Assembly (NCBI GenBank): GCA_963657885.1
Contig: CAVKNZ010000004.1
Span: 331-64,330, forward strand
Direction: 5' to 3'
Origin: Bacteroidaceae bacterium
GTDB taxonomy: Bacteria > Bacillota_I > Bacilli_A > RFN20 > CAG-826
Length of the DNA stretch: 64,000 nucleotides
The translations under genes and the position numbers were made by a program. The notes below the pieces were generated by a model, which worked only from the letters and a program-made list of their open reading frames with translations, made no database searches and was not told the origin of the DNA. This document shows, piece by piece, positions 35,401 through 44,271 of the stretch. How positions within the stretch are numbered: the stretch's first letter is position 1; every line of letters begins with the position of its first letter.

Positions 35401-36284
35401 GAATAACGATTTCCTTTGTCAGGGAAAATTATAACAATTTTTTTATTGTTAATAGAATTGTTTTTGATGTAGCTAATCGCTCCTAATAAAGCAGCTCCTG
35501 AAGAAATGCCGATGTCGATATTTTCAATTGAACGTATTAGTTTAGCCATTTCAATAGCTTTTTCTCCTTCAACATCGACGATGTCAGTTAATAAAGAAGC
35601 ATCTAAAATTGAAGGAATAAAGTTCGCCCCAATTCCTTGAATAAGATGTTTACCAGCATAGCCTTTTGTTAATAATGGCGATTCGCTAGGCTCCACGCCA
35701 ATGACTTTTGCGTAGATATTGTTGTTTTTAAAATACTGAGCGATGCCGGTTGCTGTTCCTCCGGTGCCAATGCCAGCGAAAACATAGTTAACATCCATCA
35801 AGTCTTTTACAATTTCTGGGCCAGTTGTCAAAAGATGCGCTTTGACATTGCTTTTATTATTAAACTGATCAAAAAGTAGATAGTTGTCGTTATTTTTTGC
35901 ATCGCTAAGGGCTAGCTCTTCCGCTTGAGCCATCCCGCCATCGACGAGCTTAAGCTCCGCGCCAAGCGAGCTAATCATTTCTCGTCTTTCCTTTGACATA
36001 GAAGAAGGCATATAAATAATTAAACGATAATTAAAAATCTTAGAAAAATAAGCAAGAGCAATTCCGGTATTCCCACTCGTAGCTTCGACGATTACGGTGT
36101 CTTTTGTTAATTTTCCTTCTTCAATATAATCAAGTAGCATCTGATAAACGGCTCGATCTTTAATTGAGCCACTTGGATTACTATTTTCAACTTTTCCGTA
36201 TAATTCACAATCCAAATCAAATTCCTTTTCGATGTTTATTAATCGAACTAATTTAGTATTTCCTGGTATTTTTTTGTTTAACAT
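35394..36284 (-). CDS. cysK: Cysteine synthase A (O-acetylserine sulfhydrylase)
   Basis: PLP-lysine motif NPSGSIKDRA and a glycine loop GIGTGGTATG. Confidence 0.9.
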   Translation of the reverse strand: MLNKKIPGNTKLVRLINIEKEFDLDCELYGKVENSNPSGSIKDRAVYQMLLDYIEEGKLTKDTVIVEATSGNTGIALAYFSKIFNYRLIIYMPSSMSKERREMISSLGAELKLVDGGMAQAEELALSDAKNNDNYLLFDQFNNKSNVKAHLLTTGPEIVKDLMDVNYVFAGIGTGGTATGIAQYFKNNNIYAKVIGVEPSESPLLTKGYAGKHLIQGIGANFIPSILDASLLTDIVDVEGEKAIEMAKLIRSIENIDIGISSGAALLGAISYIKNNSINNKKIVIIFPDKGNRYSW

Positions 36285-36289
36285 AGCAT

Positions 36290-37039
36290 TTACTCCTTAA
36301 GCAAATCTTTAATAACTTCGCTAGCTAACAGTAATCCTGCGCTAGGAGGGACAAACGAAGTGCTTCCAACAGTCTTTCGCTTTTTCGATGGACTACATTT
36401 ATTAAGACAGACTTCTTTATATGGACAAACTGAATCATCATTATCTTCACTTGGCGTTATCGGCTTTTCTTTAGAATAGACAACTTTAAGCTTCTTAATG
36501 CCTAATTTCCTAAGCTCATAACGCATGACTTTAGCTAATGGATCCATCTCGGTTTTATAGATATCAGTGACAACAAATTCGTTAGGATTCATCTTGTTCG
36601 CCGCACCCATCATCGATATTATTGGCTTATTTAATTTATTAGCAAGCGAAACAAGAAGCAACTTAGATGCAACTGTATCGATGCAATCAAGAATATAAGA
36701 AAAATCTATAAAAGGAATTTGTTCATAATTATCTTTTGAAAAGAAAAGCGGATAAGTGTGTACAACAATGCTTTCATCAATAGAATGTATGCGTTTTTTA
36801 AATTCTTCGACTTTACTTTTACCAATGTTATCTTTCGTCGCAATAATCTGACGATTGATGTTAGTAAGACAAATAACATCGTTATCAATTAAAGAAATTT
36901 CTTTGATGCCGCTTCTAACTAAAGCTTCCACTGCCGCTCCGCCGACACCGCCGACACCAAAAACAGCAACATGAGAAGAGGCTAATTTAGCTAAATTATT
37001 ATCATTAAGTAGCAATCTGGTTCTCGATAAATAATCCAT
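36290..37039 (-). CDS. tcdA: ThiF-family tRNA threonylcarbamoyladenosine dehydratase
   Basis: VAVFGVGGVGGAAVEALVRSGI nucleotide fold. Size and layout match TcdA/CsdL. Confidence 0.7.
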   Translation of the reverse strand: MDYLSRTRLLLNDNNLAKLASSHVAVFGVGGVGGAAVEALVRSGIKEISLIDNDVICLTNINRQIIATKDNIGKSKVEEFKKRIHSIDESIVVHTYPLFFSKDNYEQIPFIDFSYILDCIDTVASKLLLVSLANKLNKPIISMMGAANKMNPNEFVVTDIYKTEMDPLAKVMRYELRKLGIKKLKVVYSKEKPITPSEDNDDSVCPYKEVCLNKCSPSKKRKTVGSTSFVPPSAGLLLASEVIKDLLKE

Positions 37040-37103
37040 AAGACAAATTGATAATAATACATTGCTCCTCTTAATAAAAGAGGAACACTTTAATTAATAA
37101 TCT

Positions 37104-38441
37104 CTAAAGAAGGAAAGCCATATAAGGAGGAAGGCAAATTATGCCATCTTCCTGAATTATAAAATTCTTTGGATGAATGATATATTTTTTATCAATTCTA
37201 TCGCTAAACTTTTTAGCAAATTTATCTAGCGAAGTTGTTGTGTAGTTTTTAGAAGATTTAACTTCAATTGGAATTATTTTTGGATTGACTTTGCTATTGT
37301 TAGATAAAAGGAAATCAACTTCAATGTCATTTCGTTTCTTCGCTTTATCATAATGCGTATAAAAATATAATTTATATCCATTCGCAGTTAACGCCTGAGC
37401 TATCGCATTTTCATAAAGCATTCCTTTATTTATCGAAAGGTTTCCGTGCAATATCTTTTCATAGATGTTTTCGATATCTAGTTCATTTTCATCAAAAGCA
37501 TAGGATAAAAGTAATCCAGTATCGGATAAATAGCATTTAATCAATGTCCTATCTTCATTTAAAGGCAAACCAACATTAGGATCATTGCAGGCGAAGCATT
37601 CATTGCAAATCATTGAATCGGCAAGGTAAAAAAATGTTTCGCTGTAATTTAAATATTTAGAAGGTCCGTTGATACTATTAAGCTTCACTCGCTTTTCATG
37701 AGATGATAAAAAGCCCGGAATACCATCATAAATCGATAGAACTTTTCCCTTATAAGGTGCATCAATTTTTCCAATATCATCGCGATAATTAGAAAGAATA
37801 TCTCTTTTTTCTTTGTCACAAAGATAGAATTGTTTATGTGAAAGAATAAAAGAGGCGACTGGCATTGGCATACCGCCGACAAGCATATATTGAGCAAAAA
37901 GAAACATTGCTCGCTTATGCATATCATCTTCTAGAGGCTTGTTTTGTTTGTAACAGTTTTTAATGTATTGCAATAATTCATCCTCTTTTAAAGCCCGAGC
38001 AAATTCTTCAAAATCAAGAGGATACATTTTTATTTTTCTTTCTTCAGAAGGAATAGTGATGTCTTTGACATTTTGTTTGATAGATATAAGCGATCCAGTT
38101 TCAATAAAATCATAACGACCATCTTTAACTAAATACTTAATCGCCTCGCGGGCTTTAGGAAATTTTTGGATTTCGTCAAAAATGATTAAACTTTCGCGAT
38201 AATACAATTTCTTGTTCGTTATCGCTGATAGAACCATAAAGAAGTTGTCAAGATTATCTAAATTGTTATAAAAATTATTTTTAATCGCGTTAGAAGCGAT
38301 ATTGAAATCGATGAGAATGTAGCTTTTATATTCGCTTTTAGCAAATTCTTCGACTACCGTAGATTTACCAATTCGTCTAGCCCCTTCAATTAAAAGAGCT
38401 TTTTTGCCTTGGCTTTCATTTTTCCATTCTTTTAACTTTCC
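37104..38441 (-). pseudogene. AAA ATPase (DUF4143-type), 5'-disrupted
   Basis: The listed ORF starts at ATG 38237, but the frame is open for 68 more codons upstream, and these contain the Walker A motif (LLIEGARRIGKSTVVEEF). That extension begins right after a TAA at 38442-38444 with no ATG/GTG/TTG, so the normal N-terminus and start codon are missing. Confidence 0.65.
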
Positions 38442-38520
38442 TTAGGACAAGAAAAATACGCTAATTGCTTATATTTAGAAAATTGATAGAATAAATTTAT
38501 TCTAAGAAAGTTAAACAAAT

Positions 38521-39279
38521 ATGAATATCATCGCCTCTCGAGATTTTAATCTCACTTACATAATTTTAGATTCAATTTTTCTTTTAATTCTATTAGCCCT
38601 TCTAATATTTAAGAAACGCTATTTAACATTGCTATGGGGAATATTTGGAGGAATTCTCTACTTTGTTGTCGATTATTGCTTTTTCCATCTAGTTGCTCAT
38701 TCTCGTTCCATTGATGGAGGAGATATGTTTTGGACCTTATTATGGATGAGCTTAAGCTATGGCTTTACTAACTTCGTCTGGATTTGGCTAGCTTTAAAGA
38801 AAGATAGATATCTAAAAGAATGGACACTTCTAATATTTATCTGGTGGCTAGCTTGCCCAATTTTATCAAAGATGGTTCCTTCTCAAGAGATCCACATACA
38901 AAGAACAACTGGCGAATATCATTGGGTTATGGCAGCAATCTTATTTCTTTCCTATCTTGGAGTTATCATCTATAACCTCATCGTTAAAAATAAAGAAGAA
39001 CACATTCAAATTGTAAGAATCTTTCTCATTGGAGTCGCTATTCAGTTCATGTGGGAATTTGCTCTACTTATTGGAGGAATTAGAAGCTCGTCAATGACTT
39101 TTGAAGAAAAGATATTAACTTTAACAGTCAATAGCCTTCTTGAAACTAATCTCGGCATGCCTTTGATGCTTTTAATATATTTATCGATAACTTCTAAATT
39201 AAATGAAAATCTAACAAAAAATAATCTTTCCATCAAGGAAAGACTCATAGAATTAAATAAAGCAAAAGAAAGCGACTAA
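38521..39279 (+). CDS. Polytopic membrane protein, unknown function
   Basis: 252 aa with about 7 hydrophobic segments. Its stop overlaps the stop of the convergent GNAT gene. Confidence 0.55.
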   Translation: MNIIASRDFNLTYIILDSIFLLILLALLIFKKRYLTLLWGIFGGILYFVVDYCFFHLVAHSRSIDGGDMFWTLLWMSLSYGFTNFVWIWLALKKDRYLKEWTLLIFIWWLACPILSKMVPSQEIHIQRTTGEYHWVMAAILFLSYLGVIIYNLIVKNKEEHIQIVRIFLIGVAIQFMWEFALLIGGIRSSSMTFEEKILTLTVNSLLETNLGMPLMLLIYLSITSKLNENLTKNNLSIKERLIELNKAKESD

Positions 39280-40067
39280 TTCTTTTCTAAAAGCAGTTTC
39301 TCTAGATGAAGGATATCTAAGATGTTTAATCCTTTAAATTTGCCGTTATAAAATACGGCATAATTATTAAAAATCGATGGCATCTCTTTAGCCTCGTTTA
39401 AGCAATTTATTAAATGGAGCTTTAAAGGGATGCTATATTTATGGCAATAATCTTTTAACGTCTTTAACGAATAAAGGATATATGGACATTGATATGAATA
39501 ATAGATGTGTAGTCCTTTCGTGGAATTATATTCTCTTTTAGCTTTCTTTCTTATCGAAGGAAGATTATTTGAAAAGCTAAGGGCTAATAGTTCATAGCCA
39601 GAAGGCACAGAATCAACGACTTTAAAGCCGTGCTTAAGCAATAAGTCTTTCTTGGTTAGCCAGCTATTGTTCATCGAAGTAGACAAAAGAGTTACTCCAT
39701 CCATATGATGATCTTTCGCATATTTAATCGCATATTTTAAAAGTGTCTCTTCTAAATGAGCATCTTTTCTTTTACTTATCGCTTTTAAGCAATAGATGTA
39801 AAGATAGTTATCCCCGTCGATAGGGACAAAGGCATTCTTTAAAGGAGCAAATTCAATGATGGCTTTATTTTCACCTTTAACTAACTTTCGATAAACATGC
39901 CCTTCAAGAAAACGTTCTTTAAGCCATTCTTTCTTTTTAACTTCGCTTAACGGAAAGAAGGAACCGCTATGAAGGCAATCTAAAGATTGTTGATCGATAT
40001 TGTCTAAGCCTAGATTGATATAACCCTCATCCATAATCAATGTGTCTTTTTTTAATTCTAACAACAA
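39276..40067 (-). CDS. GNAT N-acetyltransferase with YoaP-like C-terminal domain
   Basis: An acetyltransferase core followed by HIYYSYQCPYILYSL...AVFYNGKF, as in B. subtilis YoaP. The start is uncertain: TTG at 40067 or ATG at 40034. Confidence 0.6.
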   Translation of the reverse strand: MLLELKKDTLIMDEGYINLGLDNIDQQSLDCLHSGSFFPLSEVKKKEWLKERFLEGHVYRKLVKGENKAIIEFAPLKNAFVPIDGDNYLYIYCLKAISKRKDAHLEETLLKYAIKYAKDHHMDGVTLLSTSMNNSWLTKKDLLLKHGFKVVDSVPSGYELLALSFSNNLPSIRKKAKREYNSTKGLHIYYSYQCPYILYSLKTLKDYCHKYSIPLKLHLINCLNEAKEMPSIFNNYAVFYNGKFKGLNILDILHLEKLLLEKN

Positions 40068-40101
40068 CTATAAGCACTTTTGTAGATAAAATTTTATATC
40101 A

Positions 40102-40129
40102 ATAAAAAGAGCCACCTAAATGGCGACTC
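40102..40129 (-). terminator. Rho-independent terminator
   Basis: On the minus strand, GAGTCGCC-ATTTA-GGTGGCTC is followed by TTTTTATTG. Confidence 0.65.
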
Positions 40130-40151
40130 CAATTATGCTAGTTAAACTAAG

Positions 40152-41684
40152 TTAGTTGTATTTTCTCTTTTTACTAACTAGATAAGCTCCGATGAGGGTG
40201 ACGCTAGCGAATAAGACAATAGCCACCGCAACAATCATATAGTTGTTGTTATCGCTATAAAGTAAGACAGGTGAGCGAGAAGAGCTAGAAGGATTTCGAC
40301 CGATAAAGTCGACTAATGCATAACGAGTGATTATGTGATCATATCGCTTGCAGGCATTTGTCGCATCCTCTTCTCCTCCAGTTGCTGTGTCATAAGTTTT
40401 AACAACTTCTCTAGCTTCTGGACTCAATGTATTGAATTGATTTGTAAGATTTGGCCAGATAGCTTCTAAAGCAGTTTTATTGTTACGAGCGGTATCTGCA
40501 CAGATTGTGTCGGTTTGATCGAGGAAATATCTAGCAAATTCAAGGGCTTGTCCTTCATTTGAAACAATTGAAGTGACAACGCCATTAAACTCTTTTGTTG
40601 CACCAAAGTCCAATCTAAAGCCGTACATACTAACTCTTGTACCCTTAGCAACATTTTTGGTAGTTCCATTTGTTAAGAAATCTTGTGGGTTACTAAATAA
40701 GAATTTAGTTCCATCCCAAGATAGACTTCCCTCTGTGGCTGATGCCCCATAGATATATAGTCCATTACCAGAAGAAACACTTGTATCTTTTAGATAGAAG
40801 TTACCGTATTTCGTTCCATCTGTATTAGTGCCATACCACGTAGAAACGTATCCAGTTATTTCATAGAGTTTTGTGTTATCAGCACCTAAATCTGTAACCT
40901 CAGCGATAGTTTTACCTTTGATAACTTCAGGGGCAGGTTCAATAACTTTGATGGTATGCGTGTTACTTCCACCGCTAGCACAAGTTGCTGTCACTGTAGC
41001 TGAACCAACAGTAACACCGCTAACTAAGCCAGTGCTCGAATCTATAGTTGCAACGCTTTCAGGAGTAATAGACCAAGTTATAGTTTCTCCTTCTGAACAC
41101 GAGGCAGTTAATTGAGTTGTCTTTCCGACTTCAACCATAGAACTTCCGGTAATTGAAACTGCATGTTCTGTTGAATTTTTATAAGTTGCGGAAATTGAAG
41201 CGATACGTCGATGTCCAGATGTGCCTCCAATAGTGAATATAACTGACTGGGCACTTCCAGACCAAGTTGGGGAAGTAAATGTTCCTGAGTCAGGCGTGAT
41301 TTCGTTACTTTTGTCACTTGTGCCAAAAGTAAAAGAAATCGAAGTAAGTTTTTGGTTTGTATCGCTAAGAGAAACAGTAAATGTATTACCCCAATAGACG
41401 CGGACTGATGTTCCGCTAGTGTAATATTTTGGTGTTGATGCAGGATTACCACTGCTGCCGGTGTTGGTGCCAACAGCAAATGCAACACTAACATTTGCAT
41501 CTAAGGTAGCAGATGTTATTTCTTGTTCGTTTGAATAACCTTGACTAGTAAAATCAATACTCGCCGTAGTCGCAGCATCAGTCCTAACAGCTTCTTTATG
41601 AACGCTACCAGAGAAGGCAACTGCAGCAAGCAATAATGAAGAGGAAAAGAATATTTTTCCTAGATGTTTTAAGTATGTTTTCAT
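40152..41684 (-). CDS. Tail-anchored surface protein: beta-sandwich N-domain + Big_2 + OB-fold-like domain + shared C-terminal module
   Basis: Start at ATG 41684 (MKTYLKHLGKIFFSSSLLLAAVAFSG, AAAGGAG upstream). Ig-like Big_2 domain (VEVGKTTQLTASCSE...ATVTATC). OB-like region TIAEVTDLG...GNFYLKD...YIYG. The C-terminus is a helical module + S-rich linker + TM + KKRK. Confidence 0.75.
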   Translation of the reverse strand: MKTYLKHLGKIFFSSSLLLAAVAFSGSVHKEAVRTDAATTASIDFTSQGYSNEQEITSATLDANVSVAFAVGTNTGSSGNPASTPKYYTSGTSVRVYWGNTFTVSLSDTNQKLTSISFTFGTSDKSNEITPDSGTFTSPTWSGSAQSVIFTIGGTSGHRRIASISATYKNSTEHAVSITGSSMVEVGKTTQLTASCSEGETITWSITPESVATIDSSTGLVSGVTVGSATVTATCASGGSNTHTIKVIEPAPEVIKGKTIAEVTDLGADNTKLYEITGYVSTWYGTNTDGTKYGNFYLKDTSVSSGNGLYIYGASATEGSLSWDGTKFLFSNPQDFLTNGTTKNVAKGTRVSMYGFRLDFGATKEFNGVVTSIVSNEGQALEFARYFLDQTDTICADTARNNKTALEAIWPNLTNQFNTLSPEAREVVKTYDTATGGEEDATNACKRYDHIITRYALVDFIGRNPSSSSRSPVLLYSDNNNYMIVAVAIVLFASVTLIGAYLVSKKRKYN

Positions 41685-41855
41685 TAAATCTCCTTTCGTA
41701 ATTGTCAGATGCAAATGCATCTAATACAAAAGCAATAAAACAAAAGGGCTCATATGTGTCAAGAAATCTAAGAGTTCAAAAAAGGGATGAAGCGATTGAA
41801 TCAAATGAATATGGTATTTTCTCGCTAAAAATATAAAGCCTTCAATTAGTTTATT

Positions 41856-44147
41856 TTAACTACCGCTCATTTTCCTTTTCTTTGAAAAATAATAGATTCC
41901 TCCAAGAGAAGAAAAAGAACACAAAAGAATGAATATAGTTAAGAAAGATTCATTATTAGATGAGTGACTTTTAACAAGTGAATTCGAAGTTGAAGCTAAG
42001 CTTCTATTTATATAATTCTCAAAAGAAGTTAGACCATATTTATAGATGATGTAATCATAATAATGCATCGCTTCTTGAATTTTAGTTCCGCTTCTTAAAG
42101 CAGATGATGTTTTAAGAATATCTTTCTCTACTTCATTTAACGATGAAAACAAAGTTTTAGTTGTTGACCAATTAGTTTCACTAGCTCTTCTTATACCAGC
42201 AGGATCGCAATCCATTTTATCGATAAAATCAATCGCGAATAAATTCGCGGTATAAAGCTTATAAGTAATTTCGATTTTGCTTATTTGCACATTCGCGGTT
42301 ATAGATGATATTTGAAAATAGCCATATCCATTTGTAACTGTTTCCGGAACACTTACTGTTCCATTTTTACTTACAGCAATAGTGTTGTTACTAGTTTGCC
42401 GTTCATCAAGAAGAGCATTTGATAGATATATGCCAACTTTCCCTTTCTCACTCGTCGATGAAGTAAATTTAATAGTTATATTCGTGATTGTTCCTAGACT
42501 TTCATAATTGAAAAGATAAGGTGAGTTACTGTTATAAAATAGGAAATAATTACTTGATCCTGGCTTATATATTCCAGCGATGCCGAAAGATAGATTTGTT
42601 TCTGGCGTTATTTGTTTATATCTTTTTAAGCTCATATCCGATGAGCTTGAACTTGGTAACGTTTGAGAATAGCTATGGTTAGCTAATAAGGTTAACGTTC
42701 TTTCTTCAACGTTATTAGTGGATGAGGAAGAAGAAACGGTTATATCACAAGTTAGTGTTACGCCTTCAAAAGAGGCAGATATAATTGCATTTCCCTCGCT
42801 TAAAGCCGTGACATTTATTGAAGCTCCGCTTACGGAAGATAAACTCACTACATTTATAGGAGAAACGTTCCACGAAGCATTTTTATTCGCATTGATGCTT
42901 TTAGATTCACCAACTTGTATAGATATCATAGTTTTATCGATGCTAAACCCGCTTATCTCTTCGCTAACTGTAACAAGGCAAGAGGCTGTCGCGCTTCCAG
43001 AAGTAACCGTAATTGTTGATGAGCCCGCGCTTAATCCTTTTAAAGTAACAGTATTAGAGTTTCCGCTTAAAGAAAGAACACTATTATTTGAGTTAGACCA
43101 AATAGGAGCATTATTTGAAGAAGCAGTCAAAGTCGTTGTTTCATTAACATTTAAAGAGATTGATGTTTTATCTAAACTAACATAATCGGATGCTGTTTGG
43201 CCTTCAATTGAACGAGTTGACCAATTCCAAGTTTCATCTCCCCAAATGCATTTAGCTAAATCAGGATAATCGATAAACGGATTTCTATTGCCTTGATATT
43301 TGCTTGCTAAATCATTACGGTTTGTTTCGTAAATAGAGACTGGATCAAGATTATTCCATGCTAATAAGGTTGACCAGGCTTCGGCTTCGCTATTAGTTTT
43401 CATGATGTTGGTAATTGGCAAAGTGCCAACATAGCTAGAAACACTAGGATCACTACTTCCTCCGATGAGCGAGGCTTTGTTGTAATGCATATAAACATAC
43501 ATCAATATTCGAGCGACATCACCTTTTGCTACATCAAGTGGCTCAAATGTTCCGCTTTCTAAATATCCTCCAAGTTCTTTCTGCGTTGGCGATGTTTTAT
43601 CGCCTAAAACAGCGTAGACTTCTGTCGAACTATTCTTATTTGTAACTGTGCCATATTCATTGTTATTTCTTGATGAATTAAGTCGCACTTCTAAAGGACG
43701 AATATGTTGCATGTCCGCTCCACCGCCTTTTTCACCCCATAGTCCATTAGAATGCGATTGGCACCAAAGATGCTCGCGGTTATAGCCTCCGTTAACATTT
43801 CCGGCAGTCGGATACCAATTTCCTGGCCAACTGCTCTGGGAATAAAAATCGATAATTCGTCCGCTGGAGTTTGGATCAGCGTCAATTATCATCTGTATCT
43901 CGTTTTTGCCAACATCATCGTAAGTTGTATATGTTTTATGATTGTTAACTGTTAAATCATGAAGCTCACCTAACAATGCTGTTCCACTTACTTTTGAAGA
44001 ATTGACTGAATTATAATAGGAAACTTTTTCAGTAACGTATTGTTGAGTTGCAACTGCTCTTAAGGATAGAGGTTCACTATCTTTAGCAAAATAAAAAGTA
44101 AAGGAAGCTAGTAAAGCAAAAGAAATGAAACGAAATAATTTTTTCAT
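41856..44147 (-). CDS. Tail-anchored surface nuclease: Endonuclease I-family domain + 2 Big_2 + beta-sandwich + shared C-terminal module
   Basis: Signal peptide. Endonuclease I motifs GGYNREHLWCQSH, DMQHIRPLEVRLNSSRNN, KGDVARILMYVYMHY, GNRNPFIDYPDLA. Two Big_2 domains. C-terminal TM + KKRK. Confidence 0.8.
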   Translation of the reverse strand: MKKLFRFISFALLASFTFYFAKDSEPLSLRAVATQQYVTEKVSYYNSVNSSKVSGTALLGELHDLTVNNHKTYTTYDDVGKNEIQMIIDADPNSSGRIIDFYSQSSWPGNWYPTAGNVNGGYNREHLWCQSHSNGLWGEKGGGADMQHIRPLEVRLNSSRNNNEYGTVTNKNSSTEVYAVLGDKTSPTQKELGGYLESGTFEPLDVAKGDVARILMYVYMHYNKASLIGGSSDPSVSSYVGTLPITNIMKTNSEAEAWSTLLAWNNLDPVSIYETNRNDLASKYQGNRNPFIDYPDLAKCIWGDETWNWSTRSIEGQTASDYVSLDKTSISLNVNETTTLTASSNNAPIWSNSNNSVLSLSGNSNTVTLKGLSAGSSTITVTSGSATASCLVTVSEEISGFSIDKTMISIQVGESKSINANKNASWNVSPINVVSLSSVSGASINVTALSEGNAIISASFEGVTLTCDITVSSSSSTNNVEERTLTLLANHSYSQTLPSSSSSDMSLKRYKQITPETNLSFGIAGIYKPGSSNYFLFYNSNSPYLFNYESLGTITNITIKFTSSTSEKGKVGIYLSNALLDERQTSNNTIAVSKNGTVSVPETVTNGYGYFQISSITANVQISKIEITYKLYTANLFAIDFIDKMDCDPAGIRRASETNWSTTKTLFSSLNEVEKDILKTSSALRSGTKIQEAMHYYDYIIYKYGLTSFENYINRSLASTSNSLVKSHSSNNESFLTIFILLCSFSSLGGIYYFSKKRKMSGS

Positions 44148-44271
44148 AAATATTTCGCCCCCGTTTTCTTATCTATAATATGCATTTAAATGTTTGTCAC
44201 GTAATTTAAAGCCTTACAAGAGAATAGTTATGATATATTCGTGAGAAATTTATCTTGAAACAACTCTATTT

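Noticed and set aside
32252-37039. tcdA-cysK-cysE-membrane-plsC-lipid kinase block as a biosynthetic gene cluster
   Set aside because: All members are ordinary housekeeping enzymes (cysteine synthesis, tRNA modification, phospholipid synthesis). No core natural-product enzymes are present.
39276-39279. 4-nt overlap of convergent stop codons (CTAA) between 38521..39279 and 39276..40067 as a regulatory feature
   Set aside because: This is a simple consequence of tight packing. No associated structure or terminator was seen.
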